DNA from: Camelus dromedarius
Taxonomy: Eukaryota
Direction of reading: 5' to 3'
NCBI RefSeq assembly: GCF_036321535.1
Contig: NC_087444.1
Span: 71,796,001-71,860,000 of the forward strand
DNA: 64,000 nucleotides
Under the pieces are notes generated by a model. The model did not search any database and was not told where the DNA came from. It worked only from the letters and a program-made list of their open reading frames with translations. This document shows, piece by piece, positions 1 to 14,530 of this stretch (its first letter is position 1; every line of letters starts with the position of its first letter). The position numbers were made by a program, and so were the translations under genes.

Positions 1-184
1 CCAGAGCAAGGGTGAGGCATGCGAAGTGCCCATATTGCAAAATGTAAGGAGGTGCTCACTCACATTTAAGGCCAATCCCGCACTTGCTTGCCCTACCCTA
101 GCCCCCACCCTACTTTAATCTTGTTGGGCCTCAGTTTTCCCATCTCTAAAGTGGGGACAATACTAATTTCCCCTCACAAGGCTG

Positions 185-735
185 TTCATTCATTACTTTC
201 AGCAAAAATTTATTGAACACTTACTATGTACCAAACATGACTCCAGGCTTACTGTGGAGATACCACCAAGGACCAAATGGTCCTACCCTCTAATGGAAGA
301 GACAGATGCTAAAGATGCTAGATAAGTAAAATATACAGAATGTAAGGTAGTGAGATGTGCCTAGAGGAGAAAAAAAAAGTAAGAAAATAGAGGTGATGAG
401 CAGACAAAGAAGAGTGGGATTATAGATGGGGCAATAGGGAAGGCCTTGCCAAGAAGACATTGGAACAGAGACCCAAAGAAGGTGAGGGAACAGGCCAGAA
501 AATACTTGGGGAAAATGTTCCAGGAAGAGAAACACCAAATACAAGATCCCTGAGGTGGGAGAGATGTCATGATGGAGGGAGGCCAACATGCCTGAAGCAG
601 GGGGAGCCAGTGGGAGCAAGGTGGGGATAGGACAGAGGTGAGGTACCAGGGCAGAACCCTGGGCCAAGTGAGGATTTTGGCTTTTCCTCTGAGTGAAGAA
701 GCAAAGGGATATGATCAGAGTTAGATTTTAACAGG
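185..735. mobile_element. Degraded L2 LINE fragment
   Basis: cattcattc...tttattgaacacttactatgt L2 3'-end signature followed by purine-rich L2 body; recognised by eye. Confidence 0.5.
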
Positions 736-1019
736 ATATGTTAAGTAATAATAAGATATCTTAATAATTACTCTTAAAATAATTGTCTTGTATTAATGTG
801 TCTATTCATTGTGAATATTTTATATTTATTTAAATTTATATGTAAATATGTATACATTTACATAAATATAAAACTAATTCTTTATCAAAGTTAATTTGTT
901 GATAATATATAATATTATGTAGTAAGTTATGATAGGATTGAGAAAAAGGTTTAACACCATGCACCAGGCACTACAGCCTCTTGCATATTAAAAAATCTCA
1001 ATTCTCATGACCACCACTC

Positions 1020-1150
1020 TTACTATTCCATTTTCCAGATGAAGAAACTGAGGCACAGAGGGGTTAAGCAGCTTGCCCAAGTGGGGAAGTGGTTATCACA
1101 TCCAAGCAGTCTACCTCCGGGATCACGGATTCTTAACCTCCAGCCCTGAT
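1020..1150. mobile_element. MIR SINE (one of many; other copies near 110-200, 3225-3400, 11200-11560, 14470-14600)
   Basis: ccattttccagatgaagaaactgaggcacagagggg MIR core motif. Confidence 0.6.
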
Positions 1151-1329
1151 TGCTCAGCAAACTGGCAAGGGCAATGGGACAGCAGGGAGCCAGGGAGGTG
1201 GCACCAATAGTCTAGGACCAGGGTTGCAGCAGGCAAAGTGGTTTGGGGCCTGGAAAGGGTCTGAGCTCATTACGGGGTGCTTATAACCCTGTCCCCACTC
1301 CCGATTTAACCCCTCCTCTCCTGTGGCAG

Positions 1330-1371
1330 GGCTTCCTGGTCAGCATCCTCTACTGCTTCATCAACAAGGAG
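1330..1371 (+). CDS. GIPR: GIP receptor, penultimate exon (GFLVSILYCFINKE, TM7)
   Basis: cag|GGC...GAG|gtagg; 42-nt exon typical of class B GPCR TM7; phase 0. Confidence 0.95.
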
Positions 1372-1463
1372 GTAGGAGAGCCACGGCCCTTCGCCCTCGC
1401 CCTCTGGCGGCCGCGCGGGGAACCGCGCGCTCGTCGCCGCCTCTAAGCACCGTCCCCTTGCAG

Positions 1464-1673
1464 GTGCAGTCGGAGATCCGCCGAGGCTGGCACCGCTGCC
1501 GCCTGCGCCACAGCCTCGGCGGCGAGGAGCCACGCCAGCCCCGCGAGCGCGCCTTCCCGACCCTGTCCTCGGGCTCTGGCCCCGGCCAGGTCGTCGCTGG
1601 CCGCGCTCTGTGCTCCAGGGCCCTCCCGGGTAATGGGGATGAGGCCAGCCGTGTCTTGGAAAGTTACTGCTAG
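1464..1673 (+). CDS. GIPR: GIP receptor, last coding exon (VQSEIRRGWHRCRLR...LESYC*)
   Basis: cag|GTG acceptor; C-tail matches GIPR ending ESYC; TAG at 1671-1673. Upstream exons lie outside the window. Confidence 0.95.
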   Translation: MQSEIRRGWHRCRLRHSLGGEEPRQPRERAFPTLSSGSGPGQVVAGRALCSRALPGNGDEASRVLESYC

Positions 1674-2903
1674 GCAGCGGGATTCTTGTGTCCATTCAGT
1701 TAGCATGTATTTATTGACCGCCTGCTGTGTACCAGGCCCGGTGTGGAGGGCGCGGGTGTGGGGGGGGACAGAAAACAAGATCCCTGTTCTCCTAGAGATC
1801 ACAACTGAGGAAAACAGATCATGAAGACAGAAGTTGTACATATGCTGTGGGATGGCTTATGAAGAAAAGTTAGAAGGGGGCTAGTGTGGTCTGGAGCATC
1901 TCTGGGGAGGTGACATTTAAGCCATGCCTGAGATGAAGGAGACAGCATTGGGAGGAATTTATGGATAAGATTCTAGGCAGAAGAGCATCTACAAAGGCCC
2001 AGGGGCAGCAAGGAGCTTGGCCATGTCAGAGGAACAGAGAGGTGGCCTGTGTGGCTGGAATGGGATGAGTCAGACTGCACTCAAGAGTCTTCGGAGCGCC
2101 TCCTAATGGAGTGGGCTAATGTTTTAAACAGATCCCTCTCTGCCCTGTGTGGGAGCCGATTATTGGGAGCACGGGTGGCAGCTGGGAGCCCAGTGAGGAG
2201 GACACTGCAGGTGGGAGGTGGTGTTGGCTGGACCAGGGTGGTGGCCATGTTGGGGTGTGAAACGGTTGGATTCTGGGGCTATTTTAAAGGTAGAACTGAG
2301 AGAATTTGTCCATGGATCGCCTGAGGAAAATGTAGCAAGAAGAGAAATTAGGGAAGACGTCTCAGTTTGGGATGGAGAGAGGAGAGATAGGGAGATTGGG
2401 TTCAGGGTGGGGAGACCCAAGAGTGCTCTTTGGATGTGTGAAGCTGGGAATAAGGGTCTGGAGCTCACAGGAAGGGTTAAAGAAAGAAGTGTGAGCGGCA
2501 CTGGGCTCCAGAGGAGGATTCTGTGTGCAGATATAAACATGGGCAATTCAGGGCAGGCTTCAGAGCTGAGACCTACATCCAGAGAGACCAGGACCACTGC
2601 TAGCTGGAGTGTGGACACATGTCCCCACCCTTCTGGGTGGTCCCTCGGAGCTAGAATTGGGGGTGAAGCCAGCAGTCTCATTGTGCTTGGACCACTTGTA
2701 TACATACAAGACCCTCACTTCTAAATCCTTCCCACAGATATACACTTAGATTCACTTAGTATCTGGGTGTTGTCAATTCTTTTCCCCAACTCCCTGGACA
2801 GTGACCACAGCTGCTGAACTCAGAGTCCCTTGAAGCATGTGGCCCTGCTGGGCCCTTCTTGTGGGTTCTGGGAAGGTGAGGGCCCCAGGGCTGGGCCCTT
2901 GTA

Positions 2904-2909
2904 AATAAA
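2904..2909 (+). terminator. GIPR: Probable GIPR polyadenylation signal
   Basis: AATAAA followed about 15 nt later by GT/T-rich tract (gttgtgggttttttgtgg). Confidence 0.45.
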
Positions 2910-4976
2910 GCATGAGAAACAGTTGTGGGTTTTTTTGTGGGGGAGGAGGGACAGGAGAATCTTCTTGACTAGGCCATAAAATGACAGGCCTACTGTGTGG
3001 CGGGGTGCTGTGTGGCCTTGTACCCTCTGGAAAGCAGTGCCGCTCAACTTTAGTCATGTGTTGCCAAGAGAACACGGACATCATTCGGCCACCATCCTCC
3101 ATGCCTAACCCCCACTGGGAATGTTCATGTGATCTTCTGATATTTAAACTATTTACAATGCGTACAATTAAAATTGTGTGTGTGACATTTTCTGAGGGCT
3201 GCTTCTCTAGAAAGGTAGTATGGGAATGATAAAGCTGCAGCAAACAGCCTGGTTCAAATCTTAGTTTGGCTACTGACTAGCTGTGTGACTTGGAGAAAAT
3301 CCGCAATCTCTGTGCCTCAGTTTCACTTCTGGAAAATGGGGGAAATGATGATACGTGCATCTAGGGTTGTCCGCAATTCTGAGTTACTCTTAGGGGACAG
3401 CCTGGTGCCTGGAGCACACTTCGCCAGACTGCCTAGTGCTTGTCCTACAACCTCTGCTTTCACTTTTGCTCAGTGAAGGAAGAGGGGATTAAAAACCATT
3501 TGGGCAGTGAGGTGGTAAAGAGACGAGGAAATTCAGATTGATACTAAGCAGGGTGCCCTTGGCTAGAATCTTTGCTGCCAGCCTGCAAGACAGGAAAATG
3601 AATACCTATTTCCTGGGGAGGACAGGAGGGACATAGGGCAGGGGTTTAAACCCAGGACTGTGACTCCAGGGCTTGTGGTGTCCCAGCTCCTACACAAGAA
3701 CTAAATCCCCAGAGAAATCTCCTGAGGCAGTGTCCTTCCTCCCACTTTACAGCTGAGGACAGTGTGGCTCCGTCTGCTCCCCAACAGTCAAGATTACTCA
3801 CGAGGGCCTGGCTTCCTTGGTTTGAACTCAGTTTCATCATTTCCTGAGTGATCCTGGGCAAGTCAGTTACCCTCTCAGTTGTCTCATCTGTAAAATGGGA
3901 TGGCTCTAGTATCTACCTCCCAGATGGTTGTTCTAGTCACATGTGAACCGTTCAGTAAATGTGCACCTTTATAACTTCACAGCCATCCGCCCTGCCTGTG
4001 TCAGGCCTTCTCCTGCTGCAGGGTCCTCAGCTCTGTTGCCAGTGGGCTCATGGGGTAACTCAGGATGTGCCTTCCACTGCTCAGTGTGTCTGCTATTTCA
4101 TTTGATCCTGACCTCAGGCCTGCGAACTGCATCAGCCTGGCGTTTGGCCCTACCTGGACAACAGACACAGGTGCAGGCAGACAGGTTAGAGAGAGACACG
4201 AGTTGGGGAGAGCATGATGTTTGTGCGTCAGAGCAAGACAGGGATCTTTCTAAATCTCCTGTAAAATAAGTAAGGCCCCCCTTCACACCTCTATCTCCCT
4301 ACCTTATCAGAGAATTTCTTTCAAGGGCAATTAAGTTGTGATTTGAGGGCAGCAGAGTTCGCCGTTAAGCCACAGGCTCAGGAGCAGCATGGGTTTGAAT
4401 CACAGCATCACCACTTTCTGGCTGGATACCCCTTGGGAGGTGTGATCACCTCTCTATGCCTCAGTTCCCTCCTCTGGAGTTGGAGGGAATAAATAACAGT
4501 GCCTGCTCAGAGTTGTCAGTAAGTCTCAACGGCACGGAGCCTAGCGCCTGCAGGTGTACCACAAATGCTATCAGTATTGGGGTACTAACTGCTTTAACCA
4601 TGGAGCTCCTCCTCTCATCAGTGAGGGCAGGTCGGGGGCTCTCCTAGGCACTGCTGTGTCCCCAGCACTGCAACACAGGGCTGGGCACAGAGGAGGCACT
4701 TGGGGGATTGCTTCTTGACTGAACAAATGGGGAAAGAGAAGACTGACTTACTGAGAGAGAAAGGTGGGGAGGAGGAAGAGAGAAAATGATGAGACGCTGG
4801 GAAAAATTAAAACAAGAGGGAGCAAAAGCTCTCTCTGCCCAACCTATTCACTTCACAGACAGGGGAAGTCACGGAGGATCCCAGGGGCGGACCCCACTCA
4901 CAGCAGCCCCCCTCCCAGGTCTGCCCTCTCTCTAGGCCGTGGGAACAGACAGATACCAATAGAAAAAACAGAGGAC

Positions 4977-4982
4977 TTTATT
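4977..4982 (-). terminator. SNRPD2: SNRPD2 polyadenylation signal
   Basis: AATAAA on minus strand in a short 3' UTR (aataataaagtcctctgttttttcta) resembling the human SNRPD2 3' end. Confidence 0.8.
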
Positions 4983-5045
4983 ATTTCCATCACAAAGGGC
5001 AGGTGTTTGCAAAATGAGAGGACAAGTTCTGCCAGCAAGGAGGCG

Positions 5046-5244
5046 NNNNNNNNNNNNNNNNNNNNNNNNNNNNNNNNNNNNNNNNNNNNNNNNNNNNNNN
5101 NNNNNNNNNNNNNNNNNNNNNNNNNNNNNNNNNNNNNNNNNNNNNNNNNNNNNNNNNNNNNNNNNNNNNNNNNNNNNNNNNNNNNNNNNNNNNNNNNNNN
5201 NNNNNNNNNNNNNNNNNNNNNNNNNNNNNNNNNNNNNNNNNNNN
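5046..5244 (-). CDS. SNRPD2: Sm D2 exon 3, inferred to lie inside the N-gap
   Basis: Not sequenced. 3' UTR and polyA signal flank one side and a pyrimidine tract (ccccccttactcct) the other; about 175 nt of coding sequence expected, gap is 199 nt. Confidence 0.6.
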
Positions 5245-5989
5245 ATCAGGAGTAAGGGGGGTGCCTTCTGACCGGACCCCTCTGCAGGGTACTGCCTTCT
5301 CCTCCCGCAGCACGGCCTGGGGAAAGAGGCAGGCCCCGGGACCAGGACAGCCAGGCTCCAATGCCACCTCTGCAAGTCCTCAGAGTGAGGCTTTGGCAAA
5401 GGACTTCACCCCTCTGTGCCTCTATTGTCTCCTCTCTAAAATGGAGACAAGCATGGTGCCTACCTCCTAGGGCTGCTGTGAAAATTAAATGAATCAATAT
5501 GGCAATCTTGTCAAGTATTTAGTGCCTGGCCCAAGGCAAATATAGACAAAAAATGATTCTGTTTGTGCTTTTTAACTCCAAGTACTTTTGGAGGCATCAG
5601 TAAAGGAACAGCTTCTCTTTGGAGAACCAGAGGTCCCTGGGGCCTTAGGCAGTACGTGATGCTTCCCCTCCAGTCCTGCTTTGTCCTTGTCCTCAGGGTG
5701 CCGGATGGGTACGTGTGACAACAGCATGGATCAGCTTACTCAACAAATGCATGCAATGAATACAGTAATGGATTAAACAGATTCTATCCCCACCCTCATG
5801 AGGTGTGCATTCTAGTGAGGAGAAGAACACGAAGAAAGTAAACAAAGATACCTGTAATACACTGTCAGGTGGTGGTGAGTGCTACGAAGAAAAGATTAAA
5901 GCAAGTAAAGGGACAGGAGGATATAGGGAAATATCACCAAGCATAAGAAAAAGAAAAAAACTGAAGAAGCCTGTTCCTTGCTCAGAAGT

Positions 5990-6560
5990 AACTTCCAGCA
6001 GATACTGCTGAGTGAAAAAGGCAATGTAGTAAGCATGGAAAGTCATCCTCTGTAGGAAAAAAGGGGCAGGAAAAGCATCTATCCCACCACTTGCTTATGC
6101 AATACACAATCCTTGAAAGACATCTAGTGATTGGTGGCAGTGGGGTGACCTAGGTAGACTGGGGACAAACTACATGGAAATTTTTCATTGGACTATTATT
6201 ACTGTTTTTGGAATTATGTGAATATATTATCAATTCAGAGAAAATAAGTTAAAAAAAAAAAGAAGTAACGTGCCAATACGGGAACATTTCCAAGGTATAA
6301 TGTTAAGTGAAGAAGCCAAGGTCTAAAACTGTGTGGTGTGCCATTAGTAGTGATTTAAAAATAAATAAAAAGCACCCTCCTATATCTACATGTATGATGA
6401 TCTGTTCAAGTAAACCTGAGAAGTTAGCCACGATGGGGTCCCTCAGGAGGGCAAGTGGGGCAAAGGGGTTGGGGATTCGACTTGTCCTTCACTGGGTGCC
6501 TCTTGTATTTTTCGAATTTTGCATCCATTGTTCACTCAAGAAAGTAACATAATTAAGTAA
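5990..6560. mobile_element. Old L1 (L1ME-like) 3'-end fragments, two in tandem
   Basis: ctgagtgaaaaagg / aatgttaagtgaagaagccaag motifs followed by A-rich tails. Confidence 0.45.
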
Positions 6561-8051
6561 ATAAAGTGGTTAATTAAGAATGTCTTAGCTGACCTGTGTT
6601 GATGTCCTCAGACCACTGATTTGTGTGAAAAACAGGATGCAACAGAGTACAGAGAAGACTATCTCAAGAACAATTTTATGATACTATGACAAATCAATTA
6701 TGCCTCAAAAAAGCTGCTAACTCCCACCACCAAGGAGCCCCTGAATGTATGCATGTGACTGAAACATTGCAGGAAACGTACTACGGCAATATTCTGGGTG
6801 GGGTGGCAGAGTGAGAGGCTAACATAGGGGCAGAGGAGGAAGCTAGCAGAAAAGGAGAGTCAACTTAAAAAAAAAATGTAAACACTACTGTTCTCTCCAA
6901 CTTCTAGAGCAGGAAACTGATCCCAGTGGGATGAAGTGACTCACCCGAGGTCACACATTTTGGAAGTGGCAGAGCCCGTGTTCAAATCCAGGGCTCCCTG
7001 CCTCCTGGTGCTCGGCCCCTTCTCTTGTCCTCACTCATTTTACTCAAGAGGAAAGTAAGGCTCAGAGCGAAAGACTTGTTCATGGTCACATCAACAGCTA
7101 GTGGTAAAAGCATTCCAGAAGCCTCACCATACCACCGTGAGGAAAGCACGGCCCAAATGCTAACTAAAGGCTGAGAGTCATATGTGTACTGAGCATTTAT
7201 CACCTGTTAGGTACTGAGCCAAGTGCTCTTCCAACAGAGTGTCATTTATCCCTCACAATTGTCCTAAGGAGTATTACTATGATGCACATTTTGCAGATAA
7301 GGAAACTGAAGCCCAGACAGGAAAAATTACTGGCTGCTCCCTCTGGCTGAAACATTCAGACCCTAGTTTGCTCCTTCATTTTATTCAGGTCTGTCCACCA
7401 TTATCTCCTCCTAGGAGGCCTCTTGTATTACCCAGCTAAGACAGGACTCGCTTCCCCGTATTCCAAAGTCTTACCTGGCTTTACTTCTCTGCATAGAATT
7501 TATAATCATTTGTCTTTACAACACATTATTTAGCAACACATTATATGTGTTTGCTATTGGCTTCCCCACCTAAAACTACAAGCATAAGCTCCCCGAGTAT
7601 AGGAACCATGTTTGTTTCGGTCACTGCTGTATCTCTGGAGGGTAAAACTGACATGGGTGGATGCTCTCATCATGCATTAACTGTGAAAACTGATTATGAG
7701 CACTGTGTGCCAGATACTTCTAATGACTTACTATGTTTCTCATATATTAAATGATTGAATCTTTATAACTACAACGATTACTGCCACTGTACAGACGAAA
7801 CAGTCACCTGCCGAAGGTCACGTGACTACTAAGGGGTAGAGCTGCTAAGAACACATGACTGGCTCCCCAAGCACATGGCCATAACCACCGTACTCCACAG
7901 CTGGAGGGACAACGAGAAACAGTCACATCTCAGGGTCTCAAAATGATCGTGCTCCAGGCTTCTGAGAAACCCTGTATTCAAGCTCCTCACATGGAGCTGG
8001 GACTGCTTCTCCAGGCCCAGACGGAACATCTCCTGGGACCCTGGCACTCAC

Positions 8052-8231
8052 CTGTCAAAGGCCTTCACCCGGCCCAGGAGCTTCTTGTTGTTGCGGCAGT
8101 TGATGAGCACTTGAGTGTTGTTCTTGACCGACTGTGTGAGCACAGAGAGTGGACCCGTGTTAAACTCCTCTTCCTCCCGCTTCTGCAGCTCCTCTGGGGT
8201 CATCTCACTCTTGGGCTTATTGAGGAGGCTC
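8052..8231 (-). CDS. SNRPD2: Small nuclear ribonucleoprotein Sm D2, exon 2 ([31 protein letters not shown]...KAFDR)
   Basis: tag|G AGC CTC acceptor, GACAG|gtgag donor, 180 nt; translation matches Sm D2. Confidence 0.96.
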
Positions 8232-9383
8232 CTAAGTGGGCAAGTATGGAACCCATAGGTGAGAGGGCCCGGAAGTGGAGCTGGAGGGTGGTCATAGCCT
8301 CCTGTTCAGTCCTCTGCCTCTAAAATGTATCAGAATCTGACCACTTCTTACCATGGCCTGAACCTCCATCCTCTCCCTTCTAGAGTCTTACTGGCCTCCC
8401 TGCCTCCACCCAGGCTCCATAAGTTTGTTCTCCACAGAGGAGTCTCAGGGGTGAGACTGAGACCTCAATCATATCATCTCACTCTTCAAAACCCTCTCAT
8501 GGTTCCTATCTCAGTGTAAAAAGTAAAATCGAAAGTTTTTACAATGACCTACATCTGCAGCCTTCTCTCACTGTTTTGGCCACAGTGGCCTCCTGAGTGG
8601 TCCTTGAAAATATTAGGCAAAATTTCTTTTTGTGCCTCTGCATTTGCTTTCCCCTCTGTCTGAAGACCTCCTCAGGTATCTCACTTTCTTCAGGTCTTTG
8701 CTCAAGTACGGCCTCCTTAATGTGTCCTGTCCTCCCCATTCTTTCCCCTCTGCTCTACTGCCACTCTACGGCCACTCATCACCTAACACACGATATATTT
8801 TACCTACTTATTACCATTACATTTATTGCCTGCCTCTTCCCATCCCATAAGATGCAGAAGGGGATTTTTTTCCTTGGGGGAGGGGTGGGGGTAGTTCACT
8901 GTTAATGTGTCTAAAGCAGCCTGATACATGATTAGTTAATAAATGATTGTTAAATGAATACGTAAGTAAAATCATACTGGTAACTCGTTAACCGTAAAAA
9001 CCGCGAATTAGGTCGAAAAGCCAACCGTCTCCAGCTCAAATTATCCGAATAAGACGCTTAACTCAAATCGTTATTCCTAAGAGTCCGTACTCTCCTCTCC
9101 CAGGTTCTTTATTTGTAAAATCGCCTCCCCATAAAATTCATTTCAGTAAGATTGATTATTTGGGAAAGCTCAGCCCGTTATCTCATAAAGCTGTCCCCTC
9201 TCCCTTAGTCAGGATCCGTCAAAGGCCCCAGGCCCATTCTCAAACTCATCAGTAGAAAAGTACGCCACTTTACCCCCAAAATGACTGCTTCCGCCCCCGC
9301 TCGGTCCATCCCCTTCCACCGGTAAGTGGCCAAATTTACACCCTCAACCCCACTCCCACCACCTAAGACCAGCCCCGCCTCAC

Positions 9384-9385
9384 AT
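9384..9385 (-). CDS. SNRPD2: SNRPD2 exon 1 coding part (AT of a start codon split by intron 1)
   Basis: gccaccaccaccAT|gtgagg donor; exon 2 supplies the G. Confidence 0.88.
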
Positions 9386-10206
9386 GGTGGTGGTGGCTGC
9401 CGCGCTCTCAAATCACTCCTGCCTCCTCCGCGTTGCTTCAGCTTCTGAAGAGAGAGCGAGAAAGGCGGGACTTCCGCTTCCTGCGGCCCACTTCCGTGGG
9501 AGCCTGCGCAAACCCAACCAGCGGGTGGGGCGTGACCTGTTGCCATAGCGATCTCCGCCAGCCCTACACAGCTGTGGGGTAAAAGTCTAACGTAGTGGTT
9601 TGAGGTCATTCAGATTCAGGACAGTGGGACAGGTGTTCACGACAATGGAGAGGAAATAAAGCGGGTCCGACTCAAACCATTTTGTTGTGGAACCGCACAG
9701 GGTGAAGGAGTGAAAGGACAAGCTGTTTCCAAACTTCCGCCCGCCTTGCCTTCGGGGGCGGGGCCTCCGCGAAGCCAATCCACTCCTCGCTTCAGGGATA
9801 GACTGCTCCCCTTTTTTCTTCGGGGACCATTTGTTGATTTTTTGGACTGCGAATAACCAGTCCTTTGCCTACATCCGTGAGGGGCGTGTACTTACGCCCG
9901 GGAAGTCGAACATTTTCTATGATCTAACGCCTCTCATTGGCTTCCCCTCCTCCGCTGAGGCGGTGCCTATCTCTTTCGCGCTCCCTTTTGGGATGTGCAA
10001 CTCTCAGGGTTACCAACCCTGAAAGCCCCAAGGAGACAGGGAGGCGTGTCCTCAGAACGAAAGTCTCCATTGGCTTTACTGCTCGTTGGAGGGTGGGATG
10101 GTGCAGCTGCTATTGTTGTTCATTGGTCTGGTGATTCCATGGGGTGGGACTTGGCTGGGCCTAAACTCTATCCGCTGTCTCGGGCCGGTTTCAGGGCGAA
10201 GCTGTC
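9386..10206. promoter_or_regulatory. Bidirectional CpG-island promoter SNRPD2/QPCTL
   Basis: Head-to-head start codons about 820 bp apart; several ACTTCCG ETS motifs, GC box near 9755, CCAAT/ATTGG boxes near 9776, 9936, 10070, 10122. Confidence 0.8.
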
Positions 10207-10416
10207 ATGCGTTCCGGGGGCCGCGGGCGGCCCCGGCTACGGCTTGGGGAACGCAGCCTCTTGGAGCCACCCTCACCGCCCAAGCGCCGCCTGCTACCGC
10301 GGGCGCACCTTTTGCCCGTGCTACTGCTGGCGCTGGCGGTGGCCTCGGTGTTCTACACCATTTGGAGCGGCTGGCACCGCCAGACTGAGGAGCTGCCGGT
10401 GGGCCGGGAGCTGCGG
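10207..10416 (+). CDS. QPCTL: Glutaminyl-peptide cyclotransferase-like (isoQC), exon 1 with signal anchor
   Basis: MRSGGRGRPRLRLGER...ELR, donor CGG|gtgagg, 210 nt, phase 0. Confidence 0.96.
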
Positions 10417-10846
10417 GTGAGGCCGGGCGGGGACGTGGGCACTGCGGAAGCCCTCATTCTCCGCCTGCCCTCCCTCAAGGTCTCAGGTTGACGTGGCTTT
10501 ATCGTGTGGCTCTAGCCGCAGGTGTCGCCGTCTCCGTCATTAGAGCGCGTATCTATTTCCGACGGAATGAGGCTTCTGGTTTGCTGTAATAGCGGTTCCC
10601 CCGTAAGAGGAAGGGTTTGAAGGAGTAAGACTGGGAGTTCTGGATTCTAATCCTAAAGTCAGCTATTTGGAAGAGTCCCTTCCTCTCACTGAGCCTCGAT
10701 TTCCCCATCAGGATTGGGGTGGGCTGGGCCGGATGGGCTTGTGGGGACTCTCCCGTGTCTAGGATTTATCCTAGAAACCTCCGATGCTAGAGGCTGAGAT
10801 AGGAAGAGGAACCGAGGCTTCTTAGGGACAACAGCCCCCGGGGTAG

Positions 10847-11077
<231 letters not shown>

Positions 11078-11760
11078 TGACCCCGCAGCCTATCAAGGAA
11101 TGGGAAACAGGTATTTTGCCCTCTGCCTGGAACTAACCTGACTCTAGAGTTCTATCCTGGTAACCACCAGACTGTACTGCCCTCACGGAAGGCTATGAGG
11201 TGGGTACCAATCTGATCTTCATTATGCAGATGGGGAAACTGAGGCCCAGATCTTAGATATTTTGCCCAAATCCTACAGCTAATAAATGGTATGCCTAGGG
11301 TTTCAGCCCAAATGGGTTGATTCCAGAATTGGTGCTGCAACATCTCTATGTTGCCTCATAGAAAGCATTGAGTGTTATCTGATCACTGCCTGAGTTCAGA
11401 TCTACCTCAGCCACTCAGAGTGTGACCTTGGACTAGTTTCTTAACTTCTCTGTGCCTCAGTCTCTTAATCTGCAAAATGGAACCAATGACAGTCCCTACT
11501 CCATAAGGTTCGTAGAACAGAGCTTGGCACAGAGTGAGTGCTATTGAAGGGTGAGCTGTGATTAGTCATGGCATCCAGAGGCAGGGTCCCTCCATATCTG
11601 GCACTTAGTAGTGCTCAGCAGAAATGCATCAAGGGAATGATTAAACCAAAGTAGGATTTGTGAGTCAACCTGACTGCTCTGCCTGGTTCAGGTCATATGG
11701 CTCTTCTACCAACTTCCTCCCCAGTCCCCTCCCACCCTCCCACCTCTCTCTTGCCACTAG

Positions 11761-12675
<915 letters not shown>

Positions 12676-13416
12676 AACACACATCTCCTCACACTCTTCC
12701 CCTGCTCAGATCCTCTCTATGGCTCAAAACCCCCACTGCCACTGCAACAAAGCCCAAACTCCGTGGCCCTTGCTGGCCCCTTGGGCTTCTTCTTAAACCT
12801 CTTTGACCCCTTCTCTGGCCTCAGTCCAGATCTATGTTGCTTCCTCACCTGGGAACTCTCTTCCCTCTCCTCCATTTTGCCAGGCCAGTTCCACTCAGCC
12901 TCAGCATAGACATCCCTTCCCGACGGATCCGACATGCTCCCCAGGCCAAGTTCCCCCGACCCATTTCCTAAACCATTACAGGATCCTGTCATTCTTGGAA
13001 GCATCTGCCCAACTGCATTTCATTATTTGTATAATTTATTTGTGGGTCAGTCTCTTTTGCTAAATGAGCTTAAGGTATGACAATAACAATCAGAGCTTAG
13101 TAACCCTTATTTAGTTACTATATGCCAGGCACTGTCCTAGGACTTGGGTTTGAATCCTACCCTACAATTAGAACTCTGATTAACCCCATTTCTACATAAG
13201 GAAACCAATGCTTTGAGAAGTTAGTAACTTACCTGTGACTGCTCGGCTGCCAAACATCCCAGCCAGGATTTGAACCCAGATGATCTGGCTCAGGGTCTAT
13301 ACTCTTGGCCACTGCACTCTACCAGTGAGCAGGCTGAGTTTGCCCTGTTTGGCTGTGGAAGTTGGCAGGAAATGTGTGTGGCTTGTGGCTGAGGTCTGGC
13401 ACTGAGCTGGCCCTGA

Positions 13417-13611
<195 letters not shown>

Positions 13612-13684
13612 TGAAGTGGGAAGAGGGTGAAATGAGGTTGGCAGCACCCTGCCTGGCCTCTCCAGTCCTGACCTTTCTCCCTAG

Positions 13685-14047
<363 letters not shown>

Positions 14048-14218
14048 TAATGATTATTGGGGTAATCCCTAGACTCAGAGGGATTTAATGAGACTGGGAA
14101 GACAGTAAGCCGGCAGGAAGGAGTAATTAACACTCATCTTTGTTGGGATGACCAGTGCTTTACCCCCAGGCCCCCTGCCCTCCTTTGATTTGTGCATAGG
14201 GGAACCTTTGACCCTTGA

Positions 14219-14530
<312 letters not shown>

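Noticed and set aside
840-863. Inverted repeat atgtaaat...atttacat in an AT-rich island
   Set aside because: Short stems are expected by chance in over 80% AT sequence; probably within a decayed DNA transposon.
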